From positions 751 to 64,750 of IMG/VR virus record IMGVR_UViG_3300037882_001196: a stretch of 64,000 nucleotides of DNA; one strand, 5' to 3'. The DNA comes from a virus (lineage: Duplodnaviria; Caudoviricetes). This document shows positions 17,644-27,425 of the stretch, piece after piece (within the stretch, counting starts at the first letter, position 1; the number at the start of each line of letters is the position of its first letter). Under the pieces are notes generated by a model. It was not told where the DNA came from. It searched no databases and saw nothing but the letters and a program-made list of their open reading frames with translations. Both the position numbers and the translations under genes were made by a program.

Positions 17644-19622
17644 ATGAGATTGAACTGACTCCCGAAATGTTGGACTTCAGCAACTTCCTTACCAACATGA
17701 GCCCAAACCAACCCCGCGATAAGAACGGACGTTGGAGTAAGACCAAGGGTGGTGTTTTATTCACAAAGAACCCAAATAATCCAGCATCACCTTCTGCTTC
17801 GTTTGATCTTCATGACCCTGTTGGTTTATCTCAGTATCTTAGTCATAAAGCAAAGACTAAGATATCACCAATGAACATGAAGAAGCTCCAAATATTGAAT
17901 CCACATGGGATAAAGAATGGTGAGATAACGATACCGAAGAACAACAAAGACATGTTAGAGTTAGTGAAAACTCTGATGCCGAAAGGAACGAAGATCAAAG
18001 CCCAACATGTTACTGCGGCTGACTTGAATAAAGCACCAACACAACATCTAACTCCAACCTCCACGCCGACTCCTCAACCATCAGTTACTTCAAAGCCTTC
18101 TACCCAAGCAAAAGGGTTGCGACCTTTACCTGCTGTCTCTTCAACAGAGTTGACCTATACGAAGCACCTAGGGGGAAGCACTGGAGCAACGTTGGTTAAA
18201 GACCACACAGGGAAAGAGTTTGTCTTGAAGAAGGAGAATCCAGGTTTGCCTGACCCAAAGGGATTCATCAATAACGAGATTCACGCTGATGCTATGTATC
18301 GTGCCGCAGGTGCATCTGTACCACACTCAGGACCAGTGACCTATCCAGATGGTTCTGTTGGTAAGCGTGGACAATATCTCAATGGAAGTCAATCACTATC
18401 TGAGTGGTATCAAGGTAAGTCTCAGACCGAAATAGACGCGATGCATAAAGAGATTGGTAAGCATTTCGTCATGGATGCGTTGATGGCGAACCGCGACGTA
18501 GTGGGTCAATCATTCGACAACATCGTGATTCATCAGGGGAAGCCATTTCGTGTTGATAATGGCGGTTCGCTCGAATATCGTGCCCAAGGAGAAAAGAAGC
18601 AGATTGGGTGGAGTAGCGACGTTAAAGATATTGACTCGATGCGGAACTCCTCAAAGAACCCGAACGCTGCAAAGGTGTTTGGACACTTAACTGATCATGA
18701 CATACGCCTACAAATGTTCGACACGCTACTTCAGCGTAAAGATATTCTTGATGCTACTCCTGACCACTTGAAGAAAATAATGGGAGAACGTTTCGACAAC
18801 CTCAAGCAGCGGCACGATAATCTGTTGGCGAAAATCAACAACGCACCTACTCCATCTACCCAGATACCTCTATCATCAACTACATTCGCGGGACTCCCTT
18901 CAAGTGTAGGTACGTCTGCAACTGTTTCGACTCCGTTGAGTAGTACCTTTTCTACTCAACCACAGTCTCTGCCATTCGGTGGACAATATCAAATTGGTAA
19001 GCCGGGCAGTAAGAAACCAATATTCCAGATAGTTCCAGCAACCAGTCTTATAGAAACTGGTATACAAATAAAATTTGATAAGAAGATTACCGCCCCAACA
19101 ACTGCAATGACTCAATGGGCATCATCTCTATCTACAGGGGAAAGAAATTCAATCAAAGAATACACAGATAGTTCATACGGAGCATACAGAGTTGAGGTAG
19201 CTGCTGGGCCACCTTATAAGCAACATATAAGTGATTTTATAAGTGCTGTAGAAAAAGCACCAAAGATAGACGGACCAGCAACTGTATTTAGGGGAGTCAG
19301 AGATGGAGAATTCACAAAAGAGTTGATTGACCAAATTAAGCAAAGAGGTATTGGATCAATTATTACTGAATCTGCTCATCAATCCACAACAAGAAACCCA
19401 GATAAAGCATTTGTTGGTAGTAAGAATGGTGTATTATTTCAGATCACAAGCAAGACTGCCAGACATATAGAGAGTCTTAGTAGTTATAAATCTGAACAAG
19501 AACTGCTTACACTTCCTAACACTCAATATAGGGTGTTGAGGATCATAGAAGATGGTACATTTACTACACAAACGGGTATGAATATGAAACCAAAACTAAT
19601 TGTTCACATTGAGGAGATTTAA
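17640..19622 (+). CDS. Polyvalent effector: PI3/4-kinase/HipA-like kinase domain plus R-S-E ADP-ribosyltransferase
   Basis: NQPRDKNGRW leader. Kinase: GGSTGA, VLKK, NE, DALMANRD..G..DN, VDNG. ART: VFRG, STT, EQELL. Confidence 0.75.
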   Translation: MNEIELTPEMLDFSNFLTNMSPNQPRDKNGRWSKTKGGVLFTKNPNNPASPSASFDLHDPVGLSQYLSHKAKTKISPMNMKKLQILNPHGIKNGEITIPKNNKDMLELVKTLMPKGTKIKAQHVTAADLNKAPTQHLTPTSTPTPQPSVTSKPSTQAKGLRPLPAVSSTELTYTKHLGGSTGATLVKDHTGKEFVLKKENPGLPDPKGFINNEIHADAMYRAAGASVPHSGPVTYPDGSVGKRGQYLNGSQSLSEWYQGKSQTEIDAMHKEIGKHFVMDALMANRDVVGQSFDNIVIHQGKPFRVDNGGSLEYRAQGEKKQIGWSSDVKDIDSMRNSSKNPNAAKVFGHLTDHDIRLQMFDTLLQRKDILDATPDHLKKIMGERFDNLKQRHDNLLAKINNAPTPSTQIPLSSTTFAGLPSSVGTSATVSTPLSSTFSTQPQSLPFGGQYQIGKPGSKKPIFQIVPATSLIETGIQIKFDKKITAPTTAMTQWASSLSTGERNSIKEYTDSSYGAYRVEVAAGPPYKQHISDFISAVEKAPKIDGPATVFRGVRDGEFTKELIDQIKQRGIGSIITESAHQSTTRNPDKAFVGSKNGVLFQITSKTARHIESLSSYKSEQELLTLPNTQYRVLRIIEDGTFTTQTGMNMKPKLIVHIEEI

Positions 19623-19624
19623 TC

Positions 19625-19789
19625 ATGAATCCTGAGAAGAATACTGCAGAGGACGTGTTGAAATATATAACCTTTACCTCTGGTCCATTGATGGTTCCCG
19701 TCGATGAGTTTGGCCAACCAGTCTTCACCGAAGATGAAACAGAAGAAGACCTTGGTGAAGCAACCGGCGAAGAATTTGACCCAGAGTAA
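19625..19789 (+). CDS. 54-aa acidic protein (not in ORF track)
   Basis: GAGGAG RBS. Translates MNPEKNTAEDVLKY...EEFDPE. Confidence 0.55.
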   Translation: MNPEKNTAEDVLKYITFTSGPLMVPVDEFGQPVFTEDETEEDLGEATGEEFDPE

Positions 19790-19806
19790 ATCAAACAAGA
19801 GTACCA

Positions 19807-20049
19807 ATGCCGACCTACACTGAAACACAGAAGCGTATTCTACAAGTTCTCTCCGATGGGCTTAGACATAAGCGGCAGGAACTTGTAGATTGTCTCGATG
19901 ATCCTTTAGCGAACCCCAACACGATTAGTGTACACCTCACCTATCTACGTCGAAAACTCAACCCAATCGGAGAGGACGTGATATGTGTTAAATCAGCTAA
20001 AGGATACCACTACCAACACGTTCGCCTCTTGAGGAAACCAGATGAGTAA
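19807..20049 (+). CDS. OmpR C-terminal-like winged-helix regulator
   Basis: NTISVHLTYLRRKL...GYHY. Confidence 0.7.
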   Translation: MPTYTETQKRILQVLSDGLRHKRQELVDCLDDPLANPNTISVHLTYLRRKLNPIGEDVICVKSAKGYHYQHVRLLRKPDE

Positions 20050-20218
20050 GCACCATTGTACCTACTGTAATCGTCGTGTCTTTGTTGTCAAGAAGTCACC
20101 CCATATCTTCGCCCACTCCTGTCTTCTGGTCTTGACCTTTGGGCTATGGTTACCAATTTGGATTTGGAAGGTGATCCATAACACCTACCAGTGCTCAAGA
20201 TGTGGTACAACTGTTTAA
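20042..20218 (+). CDS. 58-aa LITAF-like Zn-ribbon membrane protein (not in ORF track)
   Basis: CTYC, then hydrophobic LTFGLWLPIWIW, then CSRC. Confidence 0.55.
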   Translation: MSKHHCTYCNRRVFVVKKSPHIFAHSCLLVLTFGLWLPIWIWKVIHNTYQCSRCGTTV

Positions 20219-20283
20219 GCAAATTCTAAACCACGTTAGATTGATCTTTCCGTAGACGCTGAAAACCTATTTGATAGGCGTCT

Positions 20284-21792
20284 ATGGAACTCACGTTTAC
20301 TACAAATTCGTTCCGTTCAGTCAAGATACGTGAAGCCACCCTCAATGGCCGCAAGTATCTTGTTGCTCCTCTTGCTTTGATTACTCCCGGTGTTTTAGCC
20401 GGCAGCAAGGGACGCCTGTTCTATCCCCCAGAAGAAACTCATCGCAACATCGAACAATGGAATGGTATGCCTTTAACGGTAAACCACCCAGTTGTCGATG
20501 GTATCAACGTCTCCGCACGTTCTGCCAAGGTCTTAGACCAATATGCAATCGGCACCGTTCTGAATTCCCGTATCACCCCCAGAGGAAAACTAGGGGCTGA
20601 GGGTTGGTTTGATATTGAACTAACTCAGAAGAAAGAACCACGAATCCTTGAAGCACTTCGCCGTGGTCAACCAATCGAGTTATCGACCGGACTGTTCACT
20701 GATAACTACCTTGCGGCGAACGGATCAAACCACAACGGTAAGTCTTACACCCACGTTGCAAAGAACTATCGTGCCGACCACGTAGCAATCTTGGTTGATC
20801 AACAAGGTGCTTGCTCGTTGCGAGATGGTTGTGGCGTATTGATTGATAATTGTAAGACTGGCGAGAACGCTGGCAAACCCGGACCATGCCCAACTGGGGG
20901 TACTGAACCTAATAAACATGGTGCTAATGTTGGTGCTGTTGGGTCAGAAGAAGAAGCTAAAGCATTTACAGATAAACATGGCGGCACTTTCAAAGAGCAA
21001 AAAAATGCCTACGGAAAAACTATTGGGTATGGTATCCACGCTCCTCATGATGCTGATGAAACCTTAAGGATTGAATTCACAAGAGCACTATTCAGACATA
21101 AACAATCTAAAGGTAAGCCAACAGCCAATTGGTCTGAAGCAGCCCGTATCGCTGCAATCCTTGCCCGTAGGACCGGACGTAGTGCGAAACGTTTAGTGAA
21201 GACTGCGATCAAAGGAAAGGTCAACAAGGTCAAGAGCGAAGTCCAACGAGTGCGTGACGCGATTGCGAAGAAGGGACAGAGCGTTGTAGACAAGGTCAAG
21301 GGTAAAGGACAAGAGCCACCCCCACTCCCGAAACGCGATAAGGCAAAAGCGACACCACCTCCTCTTCCTCAAAAGAAGGACAAGCCAAAACCCCCACCAT
21401 TACCACAGAAGAAGGACACGACACCCTACGAAGTTAAGGAAGCAGAGAAGCAGGGAAAACGTTCGGCAATACCCGAAGTCCAACGAGTTAAGAAAGCGAT
21501 CAAGGTAAAACGAGAGAAACCACAAGCCACCCATAAACCTCCTCAAGCCTCTACTCCAAAGCCTAGTGGTGATCGTGTTAAGGCTTTGAGAGAGCAGATT
21601 GCGATAGACAAAGAGCGAACGGCGAAAGCGAAGTCTGAATCAAGCCGAATCAAAAAGGAGATGAAGAACACAAGAACTCCTTCAAACCCAGAAGCCAAGA
21701 CCTTACGCCGAAAGATCGGTGCTCAAAAAGGTAAGAACACCAAAGCCCAGAAGAAGATTCGGAAATTACAAGCATCAATGAGAGAGGACTAA
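20284..21792 (+). CDS. Prohead protease (DUF2213-like) with basic/Pro-rich C-terminal extension
   Basis: PLTVNHP, ELSTG and DHVAIL..QQGACS...GCG. Confidence 0.8.
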   Translation: MELTFTTNSFRSVKIREATLNGRKYLVAPLALITPGVLAGSKGRLFYPPEETHRNIEQWNGMPLTVNHPVVDGINVSARSAKVLDQYAIGTVLNSRITPRGKLGAEGWFDIELTQKKEPRILEALRRGQPIELSTGLFTDNYLAANGSNHNGKSYTHVAKNYRADHVAILVDQQGACSLRDGCGVLIDNCKTGENAGKPGPCPTGGTEPNKHGANVGAVGSEEEAKAFTDKHGGTFKEQKNAYGKTIGYGIHAPHDADETLRIEFTRALFRHKQSKGKPTANWSEAARIAAILARRTGRSAKRLVKTAIKGKVNKVKSEVQRVRDAIAKKGQSVVDKVKGKGQEPPPLPKRDKAKATPPPLPQKKDKPKPPPLPQKKDTTPYEVKEAEKQGKRSAIPEVQRVKKAIKVKREKPQATHKPPQASTPKPSGDRVKALREQIAIDKERTAKAKSESSRIKKEMKNTRTPSNPEAKTLRRKIGAQKGKNTKAQKKIRKLQASMRED

Positions 21793-21794
21793 TC

Positions 21795-22919
21795 ATGCCG
21801 TTGTTCAATCCGGGGAACGTGAATCAAAGCAAGCCTTGGAAACCTCCAGTTACAAATTGTAAAGCAACTGGTAAACCGGGACCATGTAAGAAGACAGGAC
21901 AGGCTGTTGTTGCTTCAAAGAAAGCTGATGCATTAGAAAAACAATATGACACAGGCCCACTAAAAGCAGCTGGTGGTGTTAGCAAACAAACTGTTGCTGA
22001 TGCTCATTATGCAGCAATGGTAAAACACCAAAAAGCAGCAAAGTCAGCTGCTAATGAAGCAACAAGAGGGTTTCATGATCTAGAAACAACCAGACATCAA
22101 ACTAAACATAAACAATTTACAGCAAACTCAATAGGAGTAGAACCAATGACGAAGCGTGAACGAGCAACCTTGATTGACGAATTGGTAACCAACGGCTGCG
22201 GCTGTTGGACGGAAGAAGACCGCGATATTTTGCGTGCCTTTGAACCAGATCGTCTCCGCAACCTTGTGGCCAATGCGAAAGCAAGTGCCGCGAACGAAGC
22301 CTTGGTAGCAAATCTGCGAACCAAGATCGGACTTGAAGAAGGACAAGACTTCACCGAAGAAACGTTTGATTCTTTCATCGCAAACCTCAAGACCGATGAC
22401 GATGACGATGATGATGATGACGATGATGACGATACCGAAACGCCTGTTGGAAACTGTGCCGGAGATATGGAACCCGATGGGGATGAAAAAATGAAGAAGA
22501 AAAAGAAGGTGATGCCGACGATGAATGCTCAGATGACCAACGAACAATGGTTGGCTTCTGCTCCGCCTGAAGTAGTTGCTGCTTTCAATACAGCAATCAA
22601 GATCGACAAGCAAGCGAAGATCGCAGTAGTGAATCAACTCACGGCGAACACGGCTGCAGAGAAGAAGCAAGCAGTGGTCAATCTTCTGATGTCGAAGTCT
22701 CTTGAAGAACTCCAACTGTTGGCTGATGCGATGCCGGCACCCAAGGCGACTCTTGTCGGAAACTCTGGCCAAGGTAAGAATCGTCTCAGCGTCTCCTTCT
22801 TCGGCGGACAAGGGGAGAACGAACCAATCAACAACGCCTACAGTCAAAAGAACGACGATGACTTTGATCCAGAAGACATCCTGCCGATTCCAACGGTCAA
22901 TTGGGGTGAACAAAACTAA
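21795..22919 (+). CDS. Head scaffolding protein candidate
   Basis: Between protease and capsid genes. Helical, with a poly-Asp tract and many xxN motifs. Confidence 0.6.
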   Translation: MPLFNPGNVNQSKPWKPPVTNCKATGKPGPCKKTGQAVVASKKADALEKQYDTGPLKAAGGVSKQTVADAHYAAMVKHQKAAKSAANEATRGFHDLETTRHQTKHKQFTANSIGVEPMTKRERATLIDELVTNGCGCWTEEDRDILRAFEPDRLRNLVANAKASAANEALVANLRTKIGLEEGQDFTEETFDSFIANLKTDDDDDDDDDDDDDTETPVGNCAGDMEPDGDEKMKKKKKVMPTMNAQMTNEQWLASAPPEVVAAFNTAIKIDKQAKIAVVNQLTANTAAEKKQAVVNLLMSKSLEELQLLADAMPAPKATLVGNSGQGKNRLSVSFFGGQGENEPINNAYSQKNDDDFDPEDILPIPTVNWGEQN

Positions 22920-22968
22920 GTAAAACAGCATCGCTCTTAACTCAAAAGCAAACATCAGGAGATTGATC

Positions 22969-23445
22969 ATGCCAAAAGGCAGTGGAATTATTGTTACCTC
23001 AAATCCCCAAGGAAAACAACTTGAAGGGTTTGTGAGTGGAACGCCCAAACCGGGCACGATGATGCAGATTCAAGTTGGTACTGCACTCGTTGGTGGTCGG
23101 TTCACGTGGGAAGCCTACGCACCGGGGGCGGACGGCGAACAACGTCTTGTTGCTATCCTTCTCCCGAACGATGAAGAAGGACAATTGGCAACAACTGCAT
23201 TTGTGTCAGGTACTCGATGTAAACTTTATGTACCGTGCGCAGGTGAAGAGATGAACATCTTGTTCGGCGATACGGCTGGTACGGGTGATGACATCGCCGT
23301 TGGTGATATGCTCATTGCTGATACAGGCACAGGGAAGTTTATCAAGACAACTGGTTCGCCGGAATCGGAACCGTTCCAAGCCTTGGAGGCACTCAGCGAT
23401 CCAACGGCTGACCAATTGTTGTGGGTGCAAGCAACCGGACAATAA
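22969..23445 (+). CDS. Capsid decoration/cement protein
   Basis: Immediately before the MCP. PG, IAVGDML and ALEA pattern. Confidence 0.65.
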   Translation: MPKGSGIIVTSNPQGKQLEGFVSGTPKPGTMMQIQVGTALVGGRFTWEAYAPGADGEQRLVAILLPNDEEGQLATTAFVSGTRCKLYVPCAGEEMNILFGDTAGTGDDIAVGDMLIADTGTGKFIKTTGSPESEPFQALEALSDPTADQLLWVQATGQ

Positions 23446-23514
23446 CAACCTCTTCCCCTGACCTCTGTTGGTTCGGGGAGTCACTTACGTTACTTCCTTC
23501 AGGAGAAGATTCGG

Positions 23515-24708
23515 ATGAATATGTTTCAAGATTTTATCATCAATGGAGCAGGTCACGGCGAAGTTGGTGAAGCATTACAAGGTGTGCGGTTTGATCCAGG
23601 TATGCTGCGTCCCTACGTTCACAAAGGCCAACGCTGCGTAACGGTCAACACCGGACGTTCAAAGATCAACACAACGACCGGACGTGTTGAACCGATTTAC
23701 GAACAAGTTCGTATCGGAGACTTGATGGGCCAAGGTATCTTCTCTCCTGTGTTCAACGCTACGTCGTTGCGCAAGGAAGAATGGATTCAACTTGACCAAG
23801 TGGTTATTCGTGCTGCTCGCCAACGTTTGCGTGCTTGGAGTGACCTTGCTTCTGCCAATACCTTTGGTGGATTCAACGGTATGACCAAGATGATTCTCGA
23901 ACACGAAACGATGAGTGATCCGGGGGAAGCCATCGTTGATATGGATGGCTTGACGGATGGCCGCACGGATGCTCCGAAGTTCCAACTGGAAGGGTTGCCT
24001 CTCCCAATTACCCACAGTGACTTTTACTTCAGCCAACGTCGTCTGGGTATCTCTCGCAACAGTGGTACTCCTCTCGATACCACAATGGCTGAAGCTGCAG
24101 GGCGTCGTGTCGCGGAGATGATTGAGAAAACGTTGATTGGGGTTGAAACAGGCGTCACCTACGGAGGTAACTCCACCCAAGTTGGTGGGTATGGGCGAAC
24201 GTCGTCTGTCTATGGTTACTTGAACTTCCCCCAACGTCTGACGAAAGTCAACCTGACCGTTCCAACCGGAAGCAATCCAGATCGGACAGTTGCCGACGTT
24301 CTGGCAATGCGAGATCAATTGTATGGAGCCAATTTCTATGGTCCATATATGATCTACCATTCGACAGACTGGGATCAATACCTTGACAACGATTACGCCT
24401 TTGCTTCTGGTACGGGCGTAACTGCCCCAAACAAGACGCTGCGCAATCGTCTCCGTGAGATTGAAGGTATTCAAGATGTTCGCCGTCTGGACTACTTGAC
24501 CGCTGCGAACAGTCATGCCTTTACGATGATCATGGTCCAAATGACTCAAGACGTTTGTCGTGCGGTCGATGGCCTTGGTATCACGACAGTTCAGTGGGAG
24601 TCAAACGGCGGCATGAAGGTGAACTTCAAAGTGATGTGTATTCAGGTGCCGCAGCTTCGTGCTGACTTCAATGGCAACTGCGGCATCCTTCACGCTCGCA
24701 CCGCGTAA
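23515..24708 (+). CDS. Major capsid protein (HK97 fold, encapsulin/Linocin-like)
   Basis: LRKEEWIQLDQVVI, PLPITHSDF, PLDTTMAEAAGRRVAE and GPY. Confidence 0.85.
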   Translation: MNMFQDFIINGAGHGEVGEALQGVRFDPGMLRPYVHKGQRCVTVNTGRSKINTTTGRVEPIYEQVRIGDLMGQGIFSPVFNATSLRKEEWIQLDQVVIRAARQRLRAWSDLASANTFGGFNGMTKMILEHETMSDPGEAIVDMDGLTDGRTDAPKFQLEGLPLPITHSDFYFSQRRLGISRNSGTPLDTTMAEAAGRRVAEMIEKTLIGVETGVTYGGNSTQVGGYGRTSSVYGYLNFPQRLTKVNLTVPTGSNPDRTVADVLAMRDQLYGANFYGPYMIYHSTDWDQYLDNDYAFASGTGVTAPNKTLRNRLREIEGIQDVRRLDYLTAANSHAFTMIMVQMTQDVCRAVDGLGITTVQWESNGGMKVNFKVMCIQVPQLRADFNGNCGILHARTA

Positions 24709-24766
24709 GCAACAAAACCAATCGCCCATATTCTTGTTTTCTTCAATCCAAAAGGAGTACCAACTC

Positions 24767-25165
24767 ATGGCGAATCTCACTCGTTTCAAATTGAACTACA
24801 GCAACCACGGCGACACCGATCCACACACAAAGCAGAATACGGTTTACGTCGCTGGAGATGTTTTCGATTCTCCGCACGACCTTCTGAAAGAAAATACTCT
24901 CGCTGCCAAACCCAAGTTTGAGTTGGCTGGACCAAAAGCGAAGTTGAAATATGTCGGCGCACCAGGATACGTTAAGACAGAAGCAACGAAGTCTGTTGAG
25001 GAATCTTCGCCTGCTTCAAACCCTAGCTTAGGGGGTACTTTCTCGGCAATGACTGTTGAGGAGTTGAAACGATTCGCCGCAGATGAGGAGATTGACCTTG
25101 GTAAAGCAAAGACCAAAGAGCAAATCCTTGAGGTCATCCAACAAGCTACTTCTGCGAAGGAGTAA
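24767..25165 (+). CDS. Protein with C-terminal HeH/Rho-N-like domain
   Basis: TVEELKRFA...IDL..AKTKEQILEVI. Typical position after the MCP. Confidence 0.65.
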   Translation: MANLTRFKLNYSNHGDTDPHTKQNTVYVAGDVFDSPHDLLKENTLAAKPKFELAGPKAKLKYVGAPGYVKTEATKSVEESSPASNPSLGGTFSAMTVEELKRFAADEEIDLGKAKTKEQILEVIQQATSAKE

Positions 25166-25168
25166 GCA

Positions 25169-25372
25169 ATGGATTACAAGGGACCAGGGGAATACAGAAA
25201 AGAATCTACAGCCTTCTTTTCTAACCCGTTGACTGAGATTGTGTGGCTGTTAGCGATGGTGTTGTTTATTGCTCTGTGCGCATACGCAGGTATGACCAAC
25301 GATACCTACAGCAGAAGAGTACCAAATGCAAACGATGCTTCTGCTACTAAGCCTGACGCTAGTAGCCGATGA
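25169..25372 (+). CDS. Small membrane protein
   Basis: One TM segment and an AAGGAG RBS. Confidence 0.5.
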   Translation: MDYKGPGEYRKESTAFFSNPLTEIVWLLAMVLFIALCAYAGMTNDTYSRRVPNANDASATKPDASSR

Positions 25373-26018
25373 ACTACCTGTAGTCTCTCTTCCAAGTGAG
25401 GCAAAAGTTAAACTTGGAAGACTCCTTGTCTTGTCCGCAAAGACCAACGGGAAAGTTATCAAGTGGGTTAAGTCTTCAGATGATGTTGATCTGATTCCTC
25501 TGACCGATGATGGGAAAAAGGTCATATTCTGCTCAATGACACCGGGAACCCATCGCATAGTTGCATACACAGCACTTGGAGATAATCCTAGTGAACCTGT
25601 AACCATAACAATAACGGTAGGAGACACTGGACCCAATCCGCCTCCCGGTCCTAATCCGCCACCACCTATTCCTGATAACCCACTGACTGCGAAACTACAA
25701 AAGGAGTACAACAAAGACCCAAGCCAACCAGCTGATAAGACAAAATGGAAAACTCAGATAATTGCTTTGTTTGAGGCGATGGCAAGCCACGTCAAGAACA
25801 AGAACACTCCTACGGTCGGAGACTTGATGGTTGACTATGAAGCAGCAAGAAACTCACTACTGCCAAAGGATGTACTCAAAGACCTTCGCCTAGCGATTGG
25901 GCAAGAGATATTCACCATCGTGGGAGAAGATACAGAACGAACCATCACCGCAGAATTGCGTATTCAAATTCAGGAAGGATTCTTAGCAATTGCCAACGCC
26001 CTGAAGGGAGTCGAGTAA
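25326..26018 (+). CDS. Exported protein: signal peptide, beta domain, Pro-rich linker, helical domain
   Basis: MQTMLLLLSLTLVA and GPNPPPGPNPPPP. Confidence 0.6.
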   Translation: MQTMLLLLSLTLVADELPVVSLPSEAKVKLGRLLVLSAKTNGKVIKWVKSSDDVDLIPLTDDGKKVIFCSMTPGTHRIVAYTALGDNPSEPVTITITVGDTGPNPPPGPNPPPPIPDNPLTAKLQKEYNKDPSQPADKTKWKTQIIALFEAMASHVKNKNTPTVGDLMVDYEAARNSLLPKDVLKDLRLAIGQEIFTIVGEDTERTITAELRIQIQEGFLAIANALKGVE

Positions 26019-26019
26019 G

Positions 26020-26178
26020 GTGGCACGCTGTATCCTACTTGGGATTCTTGTTACTTGTGTTTTATCAGCAATAATCACAGGTATCTCAGGATTCACTAAT
26101 AACTCAAACCACTTGTTAGCTTGTGTAGTTTTTTGTTTCTTGTCTGCTGGGTTGTTAAACTGGGTCAAGGAGAAATAA
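26020..26178 (+). CDS. 52-aa two-TM protein, holin-like candidate (not in ORF track)
   Basis: GTG start. MARCILLGILVTCVLSAIITG...LLACVVFCFLSAGLLNWVKEK fills the gap exactly. Confidence 0.45.
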   Translation: MARCILLGILVTCVLSAIITGISGFTNNSNHLLACVVFCFLSAGLLNWVKEK

Positions 26179-26180
26179 TC

Positions 26181-27425
26181 ATGGCCGAAGAGAATGAAAA
26201 CACTCAACCCGAACCAACCCCTCCTGAAACTCCCCAACCTCCTTCAGGAAATACTTGGTGGGATTGGGTCAAAGTCTTACTACCGACTAATGTCAAGAAG
26301 ATAGCTTTTGCTACAGGCCTTACTGTAATTCTGTCTGTGGTAAATTGCTTTCGAGTAGACAATGGCCAAGAACCTTTACCAATCCCAGACATTCCACTAC
26401 CATTGTGGCCTGATGGTATCGTCTCTCCCGGTGTTGATGGTAGAAACGACGCACTACAAACGCTCAGAACCTTTCAGGGGTTTGCTGAGTTTAGCGAAAC
26501 AGAAGCAAATCAACTAATTGTAGGAGCGGATGAGGATGTACCACTCTGGAAGTTCTACCTCACAGCTAACGGAATACCAATACAAGATCGTGACCAACTC
26601 GACATTGGTAGTTGTGTATCATTTGGATATGCGGGCGCATGCGAATTACGCATTGCTGTCCAGTATGTTACAAAAAAGGGAGGACCGATCAGTAAAGTTC
26701 CCAACTTGGTACAAGAAGTTATTTACGGTTCATCCAGAGTTGATGTTAACGGTGGAAGGTGTCCTATCCCATTTGGACCGGACGGCAGGAATGATGGTAG
26801 CTGTGGTGCTTGGGCCGTCAAAGCGTTATCATCAATTGGTCTGCTTGAAAGAAAGACCTACCCCAATGTTGATCTAACAACCTACTCTGTAGCACTCTGT
26901 AAGAAGTGGGGTGATTCTGGAGTACCAGCAGACATCAAAACTGAAGCAAAGAAGAATCTTTGTACTTACGCTCTTGTAAAGAACTGCGAAGAATTGTTGA
27001 AGTCTCTTCAGATCGGTTGCCCAGTAGCTGTTTGTTCTTCTATCGGGTTTGGTAATGTACCGTGTACAAGAGATGGAGATGGCAGACTCAGAGCAGTGAA
27101 CCGTTGGGGACACTGTATGTACATCGCTGGTTATCGAGCAGACATCAAATCCTTCCTCATCATCAACAGTTGGGGTAAGCGTTGGGTTAATGGGCCAAAA
27201 GGAAAGTATGAAGACATTCCTGATGGTTCGTTTTGGGCCGATTGGGCAACCGTCGAACGGATGTTGAACAACGGCAACGATCCAGACTCCTACGCGATTA
27301 GCGGGGTGAATGGATTTAAGAGAACAAAACTCAAAGCAGAAGACTGGGCAGTTGTTGCTCCACTTATAAAGCCCAAACAACCATTCCTTAGAGGAGTTGA
27401 TCATGCATTCGTTTTGGCTTGGTAG
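26181..27425 (+). CDS. Papain-like (C1) cysteine peptidase with N-terminal membrane segment
   Basis: DQLDIGSCVSFG (Gln, Cys), GHCM (His) and INSWG (Asn). Confidence 0.85.
   Translation: MAEENENTQPEPTPPETPQPPSGNTWWDWVKVLLPTNVKKIAFATGLTVILSVVNCFRVDNGQEPLPIPDIPLPLWPDGIVSPGVDGRNDALQTLRTFQGFAEFSETEANQLIVGADEDVPLWKFYLTANGIPIQDRDQLDIGSCVSFGYAGACELRIAVQYVTKKGGPISKVPNLVQEVIYGSSRVDVNGGRCPIPFGPDGRNDGSCGAWAVKALSSIGLLERKTYPNVDLTTYSVALCKKWGDSGVPADIKTEAKKNLCTYALVKNCEELLKSLQIGCPVAVCSSIGFGNVPCTRDGDGRLRAVNRWGHCMYIAGYRADIKSFLIINSWGKRWVNGPKGKYEDIPDGSFWADWATVERMLNNGNDPDSYAISGVNGFKRTKLKAEDWAVVAPLIKPKQPFLRGVDHAFVLAW

Noticed and set aside
17640-19622. Link between the PI-kinase-like domain and inositol synthase (phosphoinositide signalling)
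   Set aside because: The fold is shared with HipA-type protein kinases, the genes are 14 kb apart, and ino1 is coupled to the DNA-modification operon.
22394-22433. (GAY)n microsatellite
   Set aside because: Encodes the poly-Asp tract of the scaffold.
22128-24549. Long antisense ORFs (22128-23057, 23659-24549) and many similar shadow ORFs
   Set aside because: They lie opposite well-supported head genes and have no RBS or recognisable motifs.
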